From UHGV virus genome UHGV-0127942: DNA of 40,194 bases, one strand, 5' to 3'. The translations under genes and the position numbers were made by a program. This DNA comes from a virus. The notes under the pieces are model-generated. The model was not told the DNA's origin. It saw only the letters and a program-made list of their open reading frames with translations, and made no database searches. This document shows positions 25,679 through 33,446 of the stretch, piece by piece. Position 1 is the stretch's first letter, and each line of letters begins with the position of its first letter.

Positions 25679-28191
25679 TGCCAGTCGTACCAACAGTATC
25701 CGGACGTCAGGTTGAGAGCCGTGGAGTTCAGTCAGCAGGCTTGCAGACGTTTTCTCAGCCAGGTATTGGTGATGCTTTTGTTCTGGCAGGGGCAGAGACT
25801 ATTGATGTTTTTGGTCAGGCAAAACAGCGTGCCAATATCGCTCTGGCTCAGGAGGCATCTCTTAACCTCAGTCAGATAAGCAGCGATCTGCTGAATAACC
25901 CTGAAACAGGGTTGCTTAACCTGAAAGGGAAAAATGCTATTGGAAAAGGCCATGAGTATACGCAGCAGTTTGATGCTCAGGTCGAACAACTGGCTATGTC
26001 GCTGCCGGATGAACAGGCTCGTAATACTTTCATGCAGCAGGCGCAGCAGCAGCGCATTCAGTTCACTACGCAGGCCGGGCGGCACGAGATAGGGCAAATA
26101 AACGCCTACGAAGAAGGCCAGTTTCAGTCTACGCTGCTGAACAATGGTAAAAATGCCGCAGCATTGTATGGCGACAACGCCGCATACGTATTGGCTAATA
26201 AGCAAACTTTCCAGCAAATTGAGGATTACGGCATTGCGCATGGCTGGAGCGACGAGCAAATCCAGGCCAAGAAAGTCGAGTTTAAAGAGAAGGTTGCTGA
26301 TGCCGCATTGTCCCAGTGGTCGGCAAACAATGCGACCGCATTCATCCAAAGTAATGGCGAGTTAAGTGATACTGCTGCTGGAGCTCGCCGTGCTGTAGCA
26401 GATAGTGACTCTTCCGAGCGTGCCCGTGGCATACGCAACAATAACCCAGGAAATCTCGAATACAGCAAAACTAATCCGTGGGTAGGCCAGACCGGTGATG
26501 ATGGTCGATTTGCTAAATTCGAAACACCTGAACACGGGATTCGTGCATTAGGGCGAAACCTGATGTCGTATCAGAGGCAGGGTATTGATACCGTCAGCGA
26601 GATAATTAATCGCTGGGCACCGCCTACTGATAAAAATGACACTATGTCGTATATCAAAGCAGTGTGCGAACAACTTGGCGTTTCTGCTGATGAGCCTCTC
26701 GATGCATCTAATCCTGATACCCTGAAGGCGCTTTGTGCAGCCATTATCCATCATGAGAACGGTAGCCAGCCATACAGTGATCAGCAGTTAACTGCTGGTG
26801 TCAGTGCAGCACTTGGTTTATCAACAATTCCAACCAACACCAAACGCTATACCGGTAATGCAGCATTCGATGCGGCATCTCCTGAGGCGCAGGCAAGTTT
26901 TATGCGACAGGCGGATCAACTGCGTCGGCAGCAGCAGGCTGAATATAAAACGATGATTGACAGCCAGGTTCGCGATGCGACAGCTGCGTATATGCGTGGC
27001 GTTGAATTTCCTAACCCACCTGGTGAGGCTGATTTTATTGCAGCTTATGGAGTCAGAGAAGGAAACCTGCGATATACCGAGTTCAGAAATACGCAAATCG
27101 CCGGACAGTATATAGGCTCTTTCCGCAACATGCCGACAAGCAGCATTACAGCATATGTTGAGCAATTACGCCCGGATACTGGTGAGACAGGGGAGGGTTA
27201 TGCGGCACGAGCCGCTCTTTATGACAACGTTGTGTCGGCTGCAAGTCAGGTGATAAAGCAGCGACAGGCTGATCCTGTACAGTTCTCTCTTGCCGCCGGA
27301 CAGGCAAAGCCTATCGACATGAGCAATAAGGATAACTTTGGACAGAGCGTTGCCTTGCGTGCTGCTCAGGTCAGTGACCTTGCTAAGTCATATGGCACTC
27401 CACTGACGTTCTTTTCCAAAGACGAGGCCAATCAGATCGGTGTTTTCTTTCGTGATGCGCCCGTTTCCCAACAGGCAGCATATCTCGATACCATCAGGCA
27501 GAGCACTGGTGGTGGGCAGGTGTATATGTCAGCACTACAGCAGATCAGTGCCAACGCTCCATCTGCTGCCGTTGCCGGGATACTGATGGATAAGCCAGGT
27601 GGTATTTTGGCAGAAAAAAACTGGTTTAATCCGGATGTTTCCGTGTCTCCTGAAACCGCTGCGCAGACAATTCTTGCTGGCGCGGCGGCTCGTAAAGGTA
27701 CTGATGACGCGAAAGGTATTCCGATGCCTAAAGATGCTGATCTCCGCCTTGAGTTTTCTGACATGGTGAAGGATGCATTTGCTGGTGATGCTCAGGGGGC
27801 ATCAATGGCATACGAGATCGCAAAGGACTATTACGCAGGTGTGATGGCGAAAAAAGGCGTGGTATCAGGCGAAATTGACAATGATATCTGGAAACAGGCT
27901 GTTAACGTAGCTACAGGTGGCGTGCATGACTATAACGGAATGGGGAATGTTCTTTTGCCGTGGGGAATGTCTGCAGAGCAATTCGATAAGCAGGTTAATC
28001 AGGCTTGGAATGAACAAGTTGTTGGCACAGGGATAAAAACACCGCCTGGTCAGTATGGTTTGCAAAGTTACGGCGATAGTCAGTACCTGGTGAAACTTGG
28101 TACTGGTTATCTGCTAAAAGATGATGGTTCTCCCGTTGTTCTTGATCTGACACAGAAGCGTCAGAGATTCTCCGGAGATATTCCGCAATGA
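25678..28191 (+). CDS. Internal virion / ejection protein (gp15-position)
   Basis: 837 aa from the ATG at 25678; contains a conserved-looking stretch IRNNNPGNLEY...WAPP of unknown function. Confidence 0.55.
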   Translation: MPVVPTVSGRQVESRGVQSAGLQTFSQPGIGDAFVLAGAETIDVFGQAKQRANIALAQEASLNLSQISSDLLNNPETGLLNLKGKNAIGKGHEYTQQFDAQVEQLAMSLPDEQARNTFMQQAQQQRIQFTTQAGRHEIGQINAYEEGQFQSTLLNNGKNAAALYGDNAAYVLANKQTFQQIEDYGIAHGWSDEQIQAKKVEFKEKVADAALSQWSANNATAFIQSNGELSDTAAGARRAVADSDSSERARGIRNNNPGNLEYSKTNPWVGQTGDDGRFAKFETPEHGIRALGRNLMSYQRQGIDTVSEIINRWAPPTDKNDTMSYIKAVCEQLGVSADEPLDASNPDTLKALCAAIIHHENGSQPYSDQQLTAGVSAALGLSTIPTNTKRYTGNAAFDAASPEAQASFMRQADQLRRQQQAEYKTMIDSQVRDATAAYMRGVEFPNPPGEADFIAAYGVREGNLRYTEFRNTQIAGQYIGSFRNMPTSSITAYVEQLRPDTGETGEGYAARAALYDNVVSAASQVIKQRQADPVQFSLAAGQAKPIDMSNKDNFGQSVALRAAQVSDLAKSYGTPLTFFSKDEANQIGVFFRDAPVSQQAAYLDTIRQSTGGGQVYMSALQQISANAPSAAVAGILMDKPGGILAEKNWFNPDVSVSPETAAQTILAGAAARKGTDDAKGIPMPKDADLRLEFSDMVKDAFAGDAQGASMAYEIAKDYYAGVMAKKGVVSGEIDNDIWKQAVNVATGGVHDYNGMGNVLLPWGMSAEQFDKQVNQAWNEQVVGTGIKTPPGQYGLQSYGDSQYLVKLGTGYLLKDDGSPVVLDLTQKRQRFSGDIPQ

Positions 28192-29990
28192 GTTACTTTG
28201 GCCTTAATCCAGTAAACCAGAATCAGCAGCTTGACGAAGCAGCATCAAATCCAGCGGGCTTTAACAGCGATGTTGGTTTTTTCGACAATGCTGTAGGAGC
28301 GGCATTGTCTGGTTTGTACTCCGGGCTGGTGGCAAAGCCAGACCAGTTGCTATGGGCAGGAATGGATAAAATCGTATCCCCGATTGCTCAGTTTGTTAAC
28401 GAAAACACCTCGTTCAATGATACTTCAGTTTCATACATTGCCGAGCAGAGAAAACTAGCAGAGCAGCAGGTTAAGCGGCTGACGCCTGATGCGGCGACAA
28501 CCGGAACCGCCGGGCAGGTCCTTTATGGGTTGTTCGATATGGGCGGGCAGGCTGTTGTCGGTACAACGCTCGGTGGTCCGGTCGGAGGTGCTGCGGCGGT
28601 AACTTCGCTACAGGGTTTTTCTGAGTTTGAACGGCTGACAGCACAGGGTGTTGATTTCAGGACGGCGCAGGAAGCGGGATTAGTGCAGGGTATTACTGCT
28701 GGTGCCGGAACACTGATCCCTATGAGCCTCGGGTTACGTGCTGGTGGTGCGCTGGCGGAAGGTGTGGCGGCTCAGCTTGCGCGGACGGGTGAAAGTTCAG
28801 TGCGACGCGCCGCAGCAACAGCAGTACGTGCAACGCCAGATATTGCCTATGCCGCAGGTACAAATATTGCGTTCGGTATGGCACAGCGTGGGCTTACTGC
28901 AAAAACGCTTCGTGATGGTGGCTATAGCGAAATGGCTAACCAGTATGATGTGTTGGATCGACAGGCAATTGCTATTGATGCTGTTCTTGGGGTGGCGTTT
29001 GGTGGTGTCGGCAGATTTATTAACTCTCGCGGCGAGTCTACAAACGCACCAAATTTTTCACCAGTTGATGTCGATGCTGCACTGGCGGCGAATGCCGCTC
29101 ATCATGCTGAAATTGATATTGCTCCCGGCGTCCCGATCAACGTGCTTTCGCGCAATTCTCACATTCAGGCTCTGCGAAAAGCCATGTCTGATGTTAGCCA
29201 GGGGAGGCCTGTAGACGTTGCCAGCATTGTTGAGTCTGCATCTTTCAGTGAAATTCCTGGGCGCAAGAGTCTGCTGTCTCAGGCAGTTAATGAGGCTCTG
29301 TCATCTGTAGATGATGGAGTAACGGCGCGCGCTATAGAAAATCGGTTGCTTGAAGAACAGGCTGCGCAGCTTTTGCCGCGTGGCGATAGACAGGTTTACC
29401 AGTCTGAAATCGCTAATAGCCAACGAATTATTGAAAATCTCACTGAACAGCGCGCACAAATTCTTGCAGAAGAGCCAACCGGTAGCGGTAAGGCTTTATC
29501 TCGTGCTCGATCAGATAAACAGGCCAGACTTCGCGATATTGACCAACGAATCCGGCAGGCACAAGAACGCCTGGAATTTTCCCGTAACGCGTTGGCACCG
29601 CATGAGCCTGGCGGTCAGTTTTTTGAAGCTCGAGCAGAACTGGCACGGCGACAACAGGCAGAAAGTGAACTTAATGCTCAGGCTGTTTCATTCTATAAAA
29701 CAGCAGAGGTCAGGACGCCAGACGAAGTAGCTCCTTTTGAGCCCGGTAAGATATTGCAACAGGCAGAACAAAAGATGATGGCAGATCCGGCAGGAGATAT
29801 TGATCTGCGCATAGCTGAAGACTCGCTGCTTGAATCACCTGACATGATAATCACCGTGCTGGATGATGATGGTAATCCACAATCGCGCAGTGCGCGTGAA
29901 GTACTGGATGAAGCGAACATGGAAAGTGAGCAGGCAATACAGGATTCCAGCCTGTTTGATGTCGCTGTGGCGTGTTTCTTGAGAGGTTAA
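28188..29990 (+). CDS. Internal virion / ejection protein
   Basis: 600 aa, Gly/Ala-rich N-terminal region; ATGA overlap with upstream gene. Confidence 0.5.
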   Translation: MSYFGLNPVNQNQQLDEAASNPAGFNSDVGFFDNAVGAALSGLYSGLVAKPDQLLWAGMDKIVSPIAQFVNENTSFNDTSVSYIAEQRKLAEQQVKRLTPDAATTGTAGQVLYGLFDMGGQAVVGTTLGGPVGGAAAVTSLQGFSEFERLTAQGVDFRTAQEAGLVQGITAGAGTLIPMSLGLRAGGALAEGVAAQLARTGESSVRRAAATAVRATPDIAYAAGTNIAFGMAQRGLTAKTLRDGGYSEMANQYDVLDRQAIAIDAVLGVAFGGVGRFINSRGESTNAPNFSPVDVDAALAANAAHHAEIDIAPGVPINVLSRNSHIQALRKAMSDVSQGRPVDVASIVESASFSEIPGRKSLLSQAVNEALSSVDDGVTARAIENRLLEEQAAQLLPRGDRQVYQSEIANSQRIIENLTEQRAQILAEEPTGSGKALSRARSDKQARLRDIDQRIRQAQERLEFSRNALAPHEPGGQFFEARAELARRQQAESELNAQAVSFYKTAEVRTPDEVAPFEPGKILQQAEQKMMADPAGDIDLRIAEDSLLESPDMIITVLDDDGNPQSRSAREVLDEANMESEQAIQDSSLFDVAVACFLRG

Positions 29991-29995
29991 ATTAA

Positions 29996-32470
29996 ATGAG
30001 ACAGGAATGTATACAAGCGGTTCAGCAGGCGGCGCAGCGCACGTTAACGGCGCGAGAAATACAGAACATTGAAGACCGCATTTATCGAAATATGCGCTCC
30101 ATTGCTCGTGATGACCCGATGTCGTGGAGACAACTTTCCGAATCAGAGCGGCTATATCGAGCAGCACAATTGGCATCTGAAGAATTACAGCGAGAAGCGG
30201 CATTAAAGAAACGTCGTGTGGCCCTCACTATAGCCGCACGTCAGAGATTGGATAAATTTATCAATAGCTATCAAGGGGCTGATGGGAAACTTGGCGCTCT
30301 TAACCGTACTATTGCTTTTAATGCAGACGGTAAATCGAATTTCCTCTCTGTTGAGTCCAGAACAAAAGCCACTCGTGATTATGCATTGAGTCAATTGCAG
30401 GAGGCATTTGAAGCAGTTGATCCTCGCTTTTTTGGCCTGTTTGAAGATGAAGCTGGCGTGCGTGATCTGGTATATGAAATGCGAGGGCAAAATACTGGCA
30501 ATGCTAAAGCAAGAAAAGGTGCTAAGGCGTGGAGAGAAGTTACAGAGCTGCTGCGCCGCCGGTTTAATGATGCTGGTGGGGACATTGGCTATCTCGAAAA
30601 CTGGGGGATCCCTCAACATCATTCTATGGAAAAGGTTGGGGCGGTATCAAAAGATAAATGGGTTAGCGATGTTATAGGTAAGCTGGATCGCAAATATTAT
30701 ACCCGAGCCGATGGACAACTGATGAACGATGCCGAGTTGTCTGCATTTCTTGGAGAGGCTTATAACACGATCGCTACTGGTGGGCTGAATAAGCTTACTG
30801 ATACCGGAATGCGAATTTCCGGCGCACGTGCTAACCGTGGTAATGCATCACGACAGATACATTTCAAAGATGCAGATTCCTATCTGCAATATCAGCAACT
30901 TTATGGCGATCGCTCTCTATGGGAAATCATGGTCGGTCACCTTGAAGGTATCAGTAAAGATATTGCACTGGTGGAAACATATGGCCCAAACCCCGATCAT
31001 GTTTTCCGCTCTCTTCTTGATCAGGTGAAGGCAGAAACGGCAACAGCTAACCCGAGTAAAACCGGTAAAGTCGAGCGGCTGGCGAACAACACAGAGAATC
31101 TGTACAACTTTATTTCCGGAAAGACACAGCCTGTAGCGAATCCGCACATCGCGCGATGGTCTGACAATATCCGCAACTGGCTGGTTGCCAGCAGACTCGG
31201 ATCCGCGTTGCTGTCATCGTTCTCTGATCTTGGAACCATGTATCTGTCTGCGAAGGTTACCAACCTTCCAATGAACCAGTTATTCCGCAACCAGCTTGAA
31301 GCTATGGACCCAACGAACCGTACAGAACTTGCGCGGGCGCGCCGCGCTGGTCTGGCGATGGAATCTCTACTTGGCAGCGTTAACCGCTGGGCGATGGATA
31401 ATATGGGGCCGTCTGTGTCTCGTTGGGCGGCAACGGCGGTAATGCGTGCCAGTGGGCTTACAGCATGGTCAGATGCGCACAAGCGCGCCTATGGCGTAAC
31501 CATGATTGGAAGCCTGGGAGAAGTAGTGTCACGGACACCAGACCTTCGTAGCCTCGATAATTCTGATTTTCGTATCCTGAAAAGCAAAGGGATTACTGAC
31601 ACAGACTGGAGCGTATGGAAGCTGGCGCAACAGGAGGACTGGGGGAACGGCAATAATACGATGCTGACACCGGAAAGCATTATGCGTATCCCTGATTCAG
31701 CAGTTAAACATCTTGGTGAGCCTGAACGCGTGAAATTTGAGGCAATGCGTAAACTGCTCGGTGCCGTAACTGAAGAAGTTGATATGGCTGTTATTACACC
31801 GGGAGCACGTGAGCAACTGATAACCGGTTCTGGTATTCAGCGTGGAACATGGAAAGGTGAATTAACGAGAAGTGTTTTCCTGTTTAAATCGTTCCCTATC
31901 TCGGTGGTTATGCGTCACTGGTCACGCGCTATGGGTATGCCGTCTGCTGGTGGGCGTGCGGCATATATTGCGACGTTTATTGCCAGTACGACCATTCTTG
32001 GCGCTTTGTCGCAGCAACTTAACGACCTTGCGTCTGGTCGTAATCCTCGCGAGATGACAGGAGAAGATGCTGCTAAATTTTGGCTTGGTGCTCTACTGAA
32101 AGGTGGTGGTCTTGGCCTTTACGGTGACTTTTTATTGTCAGATCACACTAGGTACGGAAGCGGCGCGCTGGCGTCGATGCTTGGCCCGGTAGCTGGTCTG
32201 GTTGATGACGTAGTGAAGATTGCTCAGGGCATACCGTTAAATGCTGTGGAAGGGAAGAGTGAGCAGACTGGTGGTGATCTGGTGAAGCTGGGGAAAGGTT
32301 TGATGCCAGGTGCGAATCTCTGGTACTTAAAGGCGGCTCTCGATCATATGATCTTTAACCAGATGCAGGAGTATTTTTCACCAGGCTATTTGCGTAAAAT
32401 GGAGCAACGTTCGAAGAAAGAGTTTAATCAGACATACTGGTGGCGACCTCAGGATGTCACTCCGCAATAA
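29996..32470 (+). CDS. Internal virion / ejection protein (gp16-position)
   Basis: 824 aa; together with the preceding gene occupies the position of T7 gp16. Confidence 0.5.
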   Translation: MRQECIQAVQQAAQRTLTAREIQNIEDRIYRNMRSIARDDPMSWRQLSESERLYRAAQLASEELQREAALKKRRVALTIAARQRLDKFINSYQGADGKLGALNRTIAFNADGKSNFLSVESRTKATRDYALSQLQEAFEAVDPRFFGLFEDEAGVRDLVYEMRGQNTGNAKARKGAKAWREVTELLRRRFNDAGGDIGYLENWGIPQHHSMEKVGAVSKDKWVSDVIGKLDRKYYTRADGQLMNDAELSAFLGEAYNTIATGGLNKLTDTGMRISGARANRGNASRQIHFKDADSYLQYQQLYGDRSLWEIMVGHLEGISKDIALVETYGPNPDHVFRSLLDQVKAETATANPSKTGKVERLANNTENLYNFISGKTQPVANPHIARWSDNIRNWLVASRLGSALLSSFSDLGTMYLSAKVTNLPMNQLFRNQLEAMDPTNRTELARARRAGLAMESLLGSVNRWAMDNMGPSVSRWAATAVMRASGLTAWSDAHKRAYGVTMIGSLGEVVSRTPDLRSLDNSDFRILKSKGITDTDWSVWKLAQQEDWGNGNNTMLTPESIMRIPDSAVKHLGEPERVKFEAMRKLLGAVTEEVDMAVITPGAREQLITGSGIQRGTWKGELTRSVFLFKSFPISVVMRHWSRAMGMPSAGGRAAYIATFIASTTILGALSQQLNDLASGRNPREMTGEDAAKFWLGALLKGGGLGLYGDFLLSDHTRYGSGALASMLGPVAGLVDDVVKIAQGIPLNAVEGKSEQTGGDLVKLGKGLMPGANLWYLKAALDHMIFNQMQEYFSPGYLRKMEQRSKKEFNQTYWWRPQDVTPQ

Positions 32471-32479
32471 GGAAGTGTT

Positions 32480-32649
32480 GTGTTTTTAATTATTTTGAGT
32501 GTGATAATTTCTGGTGGGTTGTTATTTATTGACCGCTACAAATATTTTCTTAACCCTCAGACTCAAGCTATTTGCTGGTTCATCTTTGTTGTGCAGGGAA
32601 TAGTTCTTGTTGCAAGCCTTATTGAGGGGAGGCCTCTGATTTTTACTGG
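32480..32649 (+). CDS. Possible small hydrophobic protein (about 57 aa)
   Basis: Not in the ORF track; GTG at 32480 five nt after AAGGAAG; product VFLIILSVIISGGLLFIDRY... is strongly hydrophobic. Confidence 0.25.
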
Positions 32650-32665
32650 GTAAATAGGTGACTAC

Positions 32666-32956
32666 ATGCAAGCTATAGGATTCATTGTTTATATCGTCGT
32701 TGGTCTTTTTCAGTTGGCAGCAATTATGGCTGGGCTTGAATCATGGTGGGGATTGCACTGGATAATTGCAGCCCCCATTGCTTTCATCGTGAGCTATATT
32801 CCATTTGTTGGAGCGATTGTTGGTATGGTTGGTGCTGTGGATGTATGGCGGTGGGAGTGGTGGCAGGCTGGCCTTCTCTTCTTTGGTGGGATCATCTTTG
32901 CTATTGTCTGCGGTGGAATGTCATCATTTTTCGAACGGCTATCATTCAGAAAATGA
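32666..32956 (+). CDS. Small integral membrane protein
   Basis: 96 aa with several predicted transmembrane stretches (IVYIVVGLFQLAAIMAGL..., IAAPIAFIVSYIPFVGAIVGMVGAV...); followed by a palindrome and a terminator. Confidence 0.5.
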   Translation: MQAIGFIVYIVVGLFQLAAIMAGLESWWGLHWIIAAPIAFIVSYIPFVGAIVGMVGAVDVWRWEWWQAGLLFFGGIIFAIVCGGMSSFFERLSFRK

Positions 32957-32958
32957 AC

Positions 32959-32970
32959 GTGACATGTCAC
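32959..32970. promoter_or_regulatory. 12-bp perfect palindrome GTGACATGTCAC (copy 3)
   Basis: 3 nt after the stop of the membrane-protein gene and directly abutting the terminator hairpin at 32971-32995. Confidence 0.5.
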
Positions 32971-32995
32971 AGGCCGCTTTCGCGGCCTTTTCTTT
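32971..32995 (+). terminator. Intrinsic terminator after the internal-virion/membrane-protein block
   Basis: Hairpin AGGCCGC-TTTC-GCGGCCT followed by TTTTCTTT. Confidence 0.6.
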
Positions 32996-33251
32996 ATGTG
33001 GTTTGTTTTCGTAATTGTTCGGCACAATAGTCGAGATGTGTTTGCAGATCCCGCATAGACATCTGTGAGCTGGTGACGTAGTTAATCAGTGCAGTCAGTT
33101 CGGCAAGTGGGCCATCGACATTAAATCCATCCTTATCGAGATCCCGGAGTAATTTCATCAAGTGCGATCCCTCCACCAGTGACCTGACGCCTCCCGGCGT
33201 GTGGATCCTTTCGGTAAATCCGTCTTCCAGTGGATAGTGATACTGCTGCAT
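32994..33251 (-). CDS. LexA-controlled small protein, candidate antirepressor
   Basis: 85-aa minus-strand ORF with RBS GGAGAAG; promoter immediately upstream contains a near-consensus LexA box; no protein family I can name. Confidence 0.6.
   Translation of the reverse strand: MQQYHYPLEDGFTERIHTPGGVRSLVEGSHLMKLLRDLDKDGFNVDGPLAELTALINYVTSSQMSMRDLQTHLDYCAEQLRKQTT
32995..33016 (+). promoter_or_regulatory. Candidate promoter: TATGTGGTTT-N6-GTAATT
   Basis: Perfect 10-mer immediately after the terminator at 32971-32995; would transcribe antisense across the LexA-controlled gene. Confidence 0.35.
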
Positions 33252-33270
33252 CTTATCTTCTCCATGTAAT

Positions 33271-33290
33271 AACTGTATATTTATACAGTA
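33271..33290 (-). promoter_or_regulatory. LexA (SOS) box within the promoter of the minus-strand gene 32994-33251
   Basis: CTGT-ATATTTAT-ACAG (core 33273-33288); minus-strand 20-mer TACTGTATAAATATACAGTT matches the remembered LexA consensus TACTGTATATATATACAGTA at 18/20; sits in the spacer between TTGATA and a -10-like hexamer. Confidence 0.75.
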
Positions 33291-33327
33291 TCAAATAATT
33301 TGTTTGCTATCCAGCACGTTTTGCAAA

Positions 33328-33342
33328 TTACCCGAAAGGTAA
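33328..33342. promoter_or_regulatory. Operator-like palindrome TTACC-N5-GGTAA between the LexA-controlled gene and the tail-fibre gene
   Basis: Perfect site 32 bp upstream of TATGTGGTTT (33374-33383) and about 40 bp from the LexA box. Confidence 0.55.
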
Positions 33343-33373
33343 TATCTGTTCATATTCACAGTCTTTCTATCCA

Positions 33374-33398
33374 TATGTGGTTTTTCAGGTAATAGAAT
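33374..33398 (+). promoter_or_regulatory. Candidate late promoter: TATGTGGTTT-N6-TAATAGAAT
   Basis: Perfect 10-mer followed by -10-like TAATAG/TAGAAT, about 50-70 bp upstream of the tail-fibre ATG. Confidence 0.4.
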
Positions 33399-33446
33399 AA
33401 CCAGATATGCGGCGCAACGGGTGCTGCGACTATCTGGAGATTTAAC

